From: an uncultured Gammaproteobacteria bacterium
GTDB lineage: Bacteria > Pseudomonadota > Gammaproteobacteria > GCA-001735895
Direction of reading: 5' to 3'
Assembly: GCA_964194715.1 (NCBI GenBank)
Contig: CAXMNA010000126.1
Coordinates: 5,570 to 69,569, forward strand
DNA length: 64,000 nt
Below, one piece after another: positions 60,161-64,000 of this stretch; positions within the stretch are counted from its first letter, which is position 1, and each line of letters opens with the position of its first letter. Below the pieces are notes generated by a model. That model saw nothing but the letters and a program-made list of their open reading frames with translations, did not search any database and had not been told where the DNA came from. The position numbers were made by a program, and so were the translations under genes.

Positions 60161-61963
60161 CTACTGAACACCCTGGTTTAGCCATAATTGCTGGATCTTG
60201 TGATTTAAAACTGAACGCCGCGCGGCATCATCAATGACGCTAAGTAATTCCTCGTAAATTCGGCGTGCGTCATCAACAAGCCCGGAATTCTGCAGATTTT
60301 CCGCGGCATTAAATCTAGCGGTCTGGGCCCATGGATCCATCGAATCTGGCGCCGGCAGCATCGCAGATTGCAGGTAAAGTAGAGCCGCTTGCTCAAACTG
60401 TTCCAGACCTCGGTATGAATCTCCAATCCAGAATAGAATCTCGCGCCGTTGCTTGGGTTCGATTTCAAGTCGCTGCAACTGGTTGAAATGGGCTATTGCT
60501 TCCGTATGTAAATTAACAGTCTGCAGGTCAAACAAGACCTGCAGAATCCGATCGGTGGATTCCGGCTTTATTTCACGATATTCACTTATCAGGTTTTGCA
60601 GCACCTGGTTTCCTTCTGCATAACGTCCGCCTAATATCAGCACCCGGGATTGACGTAATTGCCAGTCAAACCGACTGGTACCCGCAGGAAACGTATTCAA
60701 GCCCGACATTAATCGGGTCGCCTCTTCAATATCGGTTGACTTTAACGCCAAATCGACAAGCTGATAACGTATCCCGGGCGGAATCTTGCGGGCATTGGAA
60801 AAAGTCTCGCTACGATTGAACAGGTTTTCCAACAAGTTGCGCTCGGCTTCATCGACCTCGGCAAAGGTCTCCATGTACCCCGTAGCTGCACGATTCGCCA
60901 TTTCACTATCTGCAGATCTTAAAATCAGCATCGCAAACAGAGAGCGTGACTTAACCGGGGTAGCCTTGCTTCCTTTGGCAGCCAGCTCCAGCCATTTTTC
61001 ATCTGCCCCCAGCAAGAGCTCGGATCGATTGCCCACCAGTTCGGCATATTCAAGATATGCCTGCCACAGCAGGTCAACGGGTATCTGGAATAGTTGAAGT
61101 GGCGAACGGACCCCGCCCCGAAATAGCGATTCCAGCGCAACCACGCGATCCACCGGCGACATTTGCTCTGTGGAGAAATATCCCAATGCCCAAAGCGTGG
61201 CTCGTTCTTCGGCGCTTACCGCCTTGTTTTCACTGCGTTTTTTTACCTGCTGCCAGAGTTCAGCCTTATCGATCTGTTTCAACTTAAAACTCGCCAGCAT
61301 ACTGGTCAGTTTTGCCTGCCAGGCATCCTGATCCCGCAAGATCAGGATCGTCTGTTCATACCTGCCGGATTCAATCAGTACACGAGCGCGAAGCAGCAAC
61401 CAGGCCAGATCAGTACTGTTAAAATCCTGGTCGAAGCGCAGCATTGCCACCCGCGCATCTTCGATGCGACCGTCTTCGATGTATGATTCAATTATTTGTC
61501 GTCTCCAGGTTTCGTAATCCTCGGATTCCCCGGCGGTAGCTTGCCATAATTGTTGTCGCAGTACCTGACGTGCAGTTTCAGTTTGACCAAGTTCCAGGAA
61601 AGCCCTGACCTGGTAAGTCGCCGCCTGCTGCTTGAACTGATTGGGGATATCAGCTGGCATTCCCTCGGTCCGAACCAACAATCGATCCCACTGCTTCCAC
61701 TGCGCAAGAATCGCCAGTCGCTCCTGTTCCCAGAGAATCCATTCATACAAATCTTCATCCACCTTGGGCTGGGCCTGATCGAGCATTTTCAAAGTCAGTC
61801 CTGGTGCCCCTGCGGCTGAAATCATCCTAAGCAGGTCGAGCCGCTCGTCAGCATCCGCTGGAAATACCATTCCCAGGCCAACAGTAACAATTAGTAATAT
61901 TCTTATATTGGCTATCAATTTGTAAATAACCTTAAAAAAAAAGCGTGTCGCCCTAGCATACAC
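60161..61963 (-). CDS. Large secreted/periplasmic all-helical repeat (TPR-like) protein, function unknown
   Basis: The 600-codon ORF has a signal-peptide-like segment IRILLIVTVGLGMVFPADA. The ORF-track GTG 61963 lies inside the rplS terminator stem, so TTG 61918 or another downstream start is more plausible. Confidence 0.6.
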   Translation of the reverse strand: MYARATRFFFKVIYKLIANIRILLIVTVGLGMVFPADADERLDLLRMISAAGAPGLTLKMLDQAQPKVDEDLYEWILWEQERLAILAQWKQWDRLLVRTEGMPADIPNQFKQQAATYQVRAFLELGQTETARQVLRQQLWQATAGESEDYETWRRQIIESYIEDGRIEDARVAMLRFDQDFNSTDLAWLLLRARVLIESGRYEQTILILRDQDAWQAKLTSMLASFKLKQIDKAELWQQVKKRSENKAVSAEERATLWALGYFSTEQMSPVDRVVALESLFRGGVRSPLQLFQIPVDLLWQAYLEYAELVGNRSELLLGADEKWLELAAKGSKATPVKSRSLFAMLILRSADSEMANRAATGYMETFAEVDEAERNLLENLFNRSETFSNARKIPPGIRYQLVDLALKSTDIEEATRLMSGLNTFPAGTSRFDWQLRQSRVLILGGRYAEGNQVLQNLISEYREIKPESTDRILQVLFDLQTVNLHTEAIAHFNQLQRLEIEPKQRREILFWIGDSYRGLEQFEQAALLYLQSAMLPAPDSMDPWAQTARFNAAENLQNSGLVDDARRIYEELLSVIDDAARRSVLNHKIQQLWLNQGVQ

Positions 61964-61970
61964 GCTTTTC
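61934..61970 (-). terminator. Rho-independent terminator after rplS
   Basis: The minus strand reads AGCGTGT-loop(11 nt)-ACACGCT followed by a T9 run, starting about 30 nt after the rplS stop. Confidence 0.75.
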
Positions 61971-61997
61971 GATCTAGCATTTTCGTTGCAGAACGGC

Positions 61998-62342
61998 TTA
62001 CAACTTTTCCCGAATACGCGCCGCCTTACCCGTGCGTCCGCGCAGGTAGTACAACTTGGCGCGACGGACTTTTCCGCGACGCTTAACTTTGATCTCCGCG
62101 ATCATGGGACTATGGGTCTGAAAAACACGTTCCACGCCTTCGCCATGAGAAATCTTGCGTACCGTGAAAGCCGAGTTAATACCACGATTTCGCTTGGCGA
62201 TTACCACGCCTTCATAGGCCTGCAAACGCTCACGCGTGCCTTCCTTTACGCGTACCTGAACAATCACGATATCCCCGGGAGAAAACGCGGGAACATCAGA
62301 TTTCATTTGTTCCGCATCGATTTGTGCAATTATGTTGCTCAT
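61998..62342 (-). CDS. rplS: 50S ribosomal protein L19
   Basis: [14 protein letters not shown]...FRTGDIV-type pattern, in last position of the rpsP operon. Confidence 0.96.
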   Translation of the reverse strand: MSNIIAQIDAEQMKSDVPAFSPGDIVIVQVRVKEGTRERLQAYEGVVIAKRNRGINSAFTVRKISHGEGVERVFQTHSPMIAEIKVKRRGKVRRAKLYYLRGRTGKAARIREKL

Positions 62343-62381
62343 GTCAAATCCTCAAATAACTCAATTTCTACACAGTGTATT

Positions 62382-63131
62382 TCACTGCTTCCGAGTCCGT
62401 TTAAACTCGGTAATATATTCATCCAGCATGGCCTGTTGCTTCGTATCAAGCTTGACCTGCTGTAGCAAATCTGGTCGTCGTTGCCAGGTTCGTCCAAGTG
62501 CCTGTTGCTCACGCCAGGCGTCAATTTCACGGTGATTACCGTTCATCAATACCTCGGGTACGCAATCACCCAGATAATCCTCGGGTCGCGTGTAGTGAGG
62601 GTAGTCCAGTAACCCTTCACTAAACGAATCCTGTTGCGCAGATTCGTCATGCCCTAGCGCACCTGGAATCAGGCGAGTCATGCCATCGATACAAACCATC
62701 GCTGCGAGCTCGCCCCCACTGATGACATAATCACCAATGGACCATTCTTCATCCACTTCCCGCTGGATCAGCCGTTCGTCGATACCTTCGTAACGACCAC
62801 ATAAAAAAATCACCGACCCAAGTTCAATTTGCTGCGCCAGTTTTTGCTGGGTAAGCAATTCTCCCTGTGGGCTGAGGTACACCAGGCGCGCATCGCGACT
62901 TTGTTCCCGCACTGCGCTTATTGCGTCCTGCAATGGTTGTACCTTCATTAACATTCCGGGCCCGCCACCATAAGGTCGGTCATCGACCGTGCGGTGCTTG
63001 TCCCGGGTATAATCACGTGGATTCCAGCAATGCAGCTCGAGCAGTTGTTGCTCCGCGGCGCGACCGACAATCCCGCAACTTATCACCTGTTCTACCAGTT
63101 CTGGAAACAGCGTGATTACATCAACTCGCAT
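62382..63131 (-). CDS. trmD: tRNA (guanine37-N1)-methyltransferase
   Basis: MRVDVITLFPE start at 63131 and the SPOUT motifs CGRYEGIDERL and GDYVISGGE. Confidence 0.95.
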   Translation of the reverse strand: MRVDVITLFPELVEQVISCGIVGRAAEQQLLELHCWNPRDYTRDKHRTVDDRPYGGGPGMLMKVQPLQDAISAVREQSRDARLVYLSPQGELLTQQKLAQQIELGSVIFLCGRYEGIDERLIQREVDEEWSIGDYVISGGELAAMVCIDGMTRLIPGALGHDESAQQDSFSEGLLDYPHYTRPEDYLGDCVPEVLMNGNHREIDAWREQQALGRTWQRRPDLLQQVKLDTKQQAMLDEYITEFKRTRKQ

Positions 63132-63132
63132 T

Positions 63133-63642
63133 TCAGTACTCAGGTGACCAGTCAACAACCAGACGCTGATTGACAAGGTCTACCTCCCTGACAATTTGAT
63201 CCACTACAAATGGTATTAAACGTTCACGTTCACCTTTCAACACCATTACATCATCCGCCCCGGTTTCCATCATCGACGCAACCTCTCCGAGAGGATCGCC
63301 CTGTAAAGTTTCCACCGACAGCCCGATCAAGTCGGACCAGTAGTATTCTCCCGCTTCCAGGTTGGGTAATTGCTCCGGTTTTATATAAATCTGGCAGCCT
63401 GTCAGCTCATCGGCCTGAGTTCGGTCCTCGATCCCTTCAAGCCTCGCGACGACATACTTACCCTGCAATCGCCCGGTCACCGTTACTGCTTTGAGATCGC
63501 TACCCCGTTCGACCAACCAGGGACTGTAACTCACTATGTTCTCGCGTGGGCTGGTCTTGGAAAACACCCTGACCCAGCCTTTTATTCCCTGCGACCCCAG
63601 GATATGCCCAACACAGATCAAATCATCATCGTGTTGGCCCAT
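63133..63642 (-). CDS. rimM: 16S rRNA processing protein RimM
   Basis: GSQGIKGWVRV N-terminal motif and a PRC barrel C-terminus, in the conserved operon position. Confidence 0.92.
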   Translation of the reverse strand: MGQHDDDLICVGHILGSQGIKGWVRVFSKTSPRENIVSYSPWLVERGSDLKAVTVTGRLQGKYVVARLEGIEDRTQADELTGCQIYIKPEQLPNLEAGEYYWSDLIGLSVETLQGDPLGEVASMMETGADDVMVLKGERERLIPFVVDQIVREVDLVNQRLVVDWSPEY

Positions 63643-63648
63643 ACCTGG

Positions 63649-63900
63649 TTAAGCCGCAGCTTTGCGAGCTCCTTTAATCAAGTTGGCAACACGCTCACTG
63701 GGTTTCGCTCCCTGGGAGATCCAGTAATTGATACGCGTATCATCAAAGCGCAGTTCCTCTTCCTGGCCACGAGCCTGTGGATTGAAGAAGCCGACGCGCT
63801 CAATATAGCGACCATCTCTCGGGCAACGGCTGTCGCTCACCACGACGTGGTAAAACGGGCGTTTTTTAGAGCCACCGCGTGCCAATCGAATTGAAACCAT
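63649..63900 (-). CDS. rpsP: 30S ribosomal protein S16
   Basis: [21 protein letters not shown] start at ATG 63900, with GGAGA upstream. Confidence 0.96.
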   Translation of the reverse strand: MVSIRLARGGSKKRPFYHVVVSDSRCPRDGRYIERVGFFNPQARGQEEELRFDDTRINYWISQGAKPSERVANLIKGARKAAA

Positions 63901-64000
63901 AAAAATCTCCAAAATAAATCAGCCTAGAAATCGATTATCTGTCACCAGACAAAATCAGGCCGCTGACCCTGAGGTCAGAAGACCGCGTATTGTACCTAAA

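Overview
This is a densely coding 64-kb chromosomal segment. Gene order looks gammaproteobacterial: dsbD-aroQ-accBC-prmA-dusB-fis-purHD, ilvIHC-pssA-leuA, and rpsP-rimM-trmD-rplS. I call about 66 protein genes, nearly all recognisable housekeeping or envelope functions. These include acetyl-CoA carboxylase, purine and branched-chain amino acid synthesis, an AapJQMP-type amino acid ABC importer, PhoPQ-like two-component genes, TolC, lipid A/Kdo genes, HtpG, ribosomal genes and release factor 3. I saw no rRNA, tRNA, CRISPR array, transposase, integrase, phage or recognisable defence genes. I cannot point to a clear-cut novel multi-gene system. The observations most worth a second look are listed here. 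(1) A sigma-32-type promoter in front of htpG, followed by an overlapping PilZ c-di-GMP receptor gene, a renalase-like flavoprotein, Hsp15 and a GGCT-like gene. (2) An orphan soxYZ pair whose SoxY ends in NSCGA rather than the canonical GGCGG arm, close to a rhodanese-tusA pair. (3) A 99-aa mini SET-domain gene in front of a PCMT-like methyltransferase, a rhodanese and tolC. (4) A family of paired REP-like hairpins (core GTCATYCCSG...CSGGRAT) at three clear loci and one degenerate locus, with one compensatory stem change. (5) A 149-nt imperfect inverted repeat filling the waaA/kdkA convergent spacer, whose four non-Watson-Crick positions are all G-U only on the plus-strand RNA. (6) An N-terminally truncated EAL gene remnant next to a perfect 24-nt palindrome. 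(7) A Leu-rich 33-codon mini-ORF upstream of leuA. All functional calls come from reading motifs in the translated ORFs. No database search was run.
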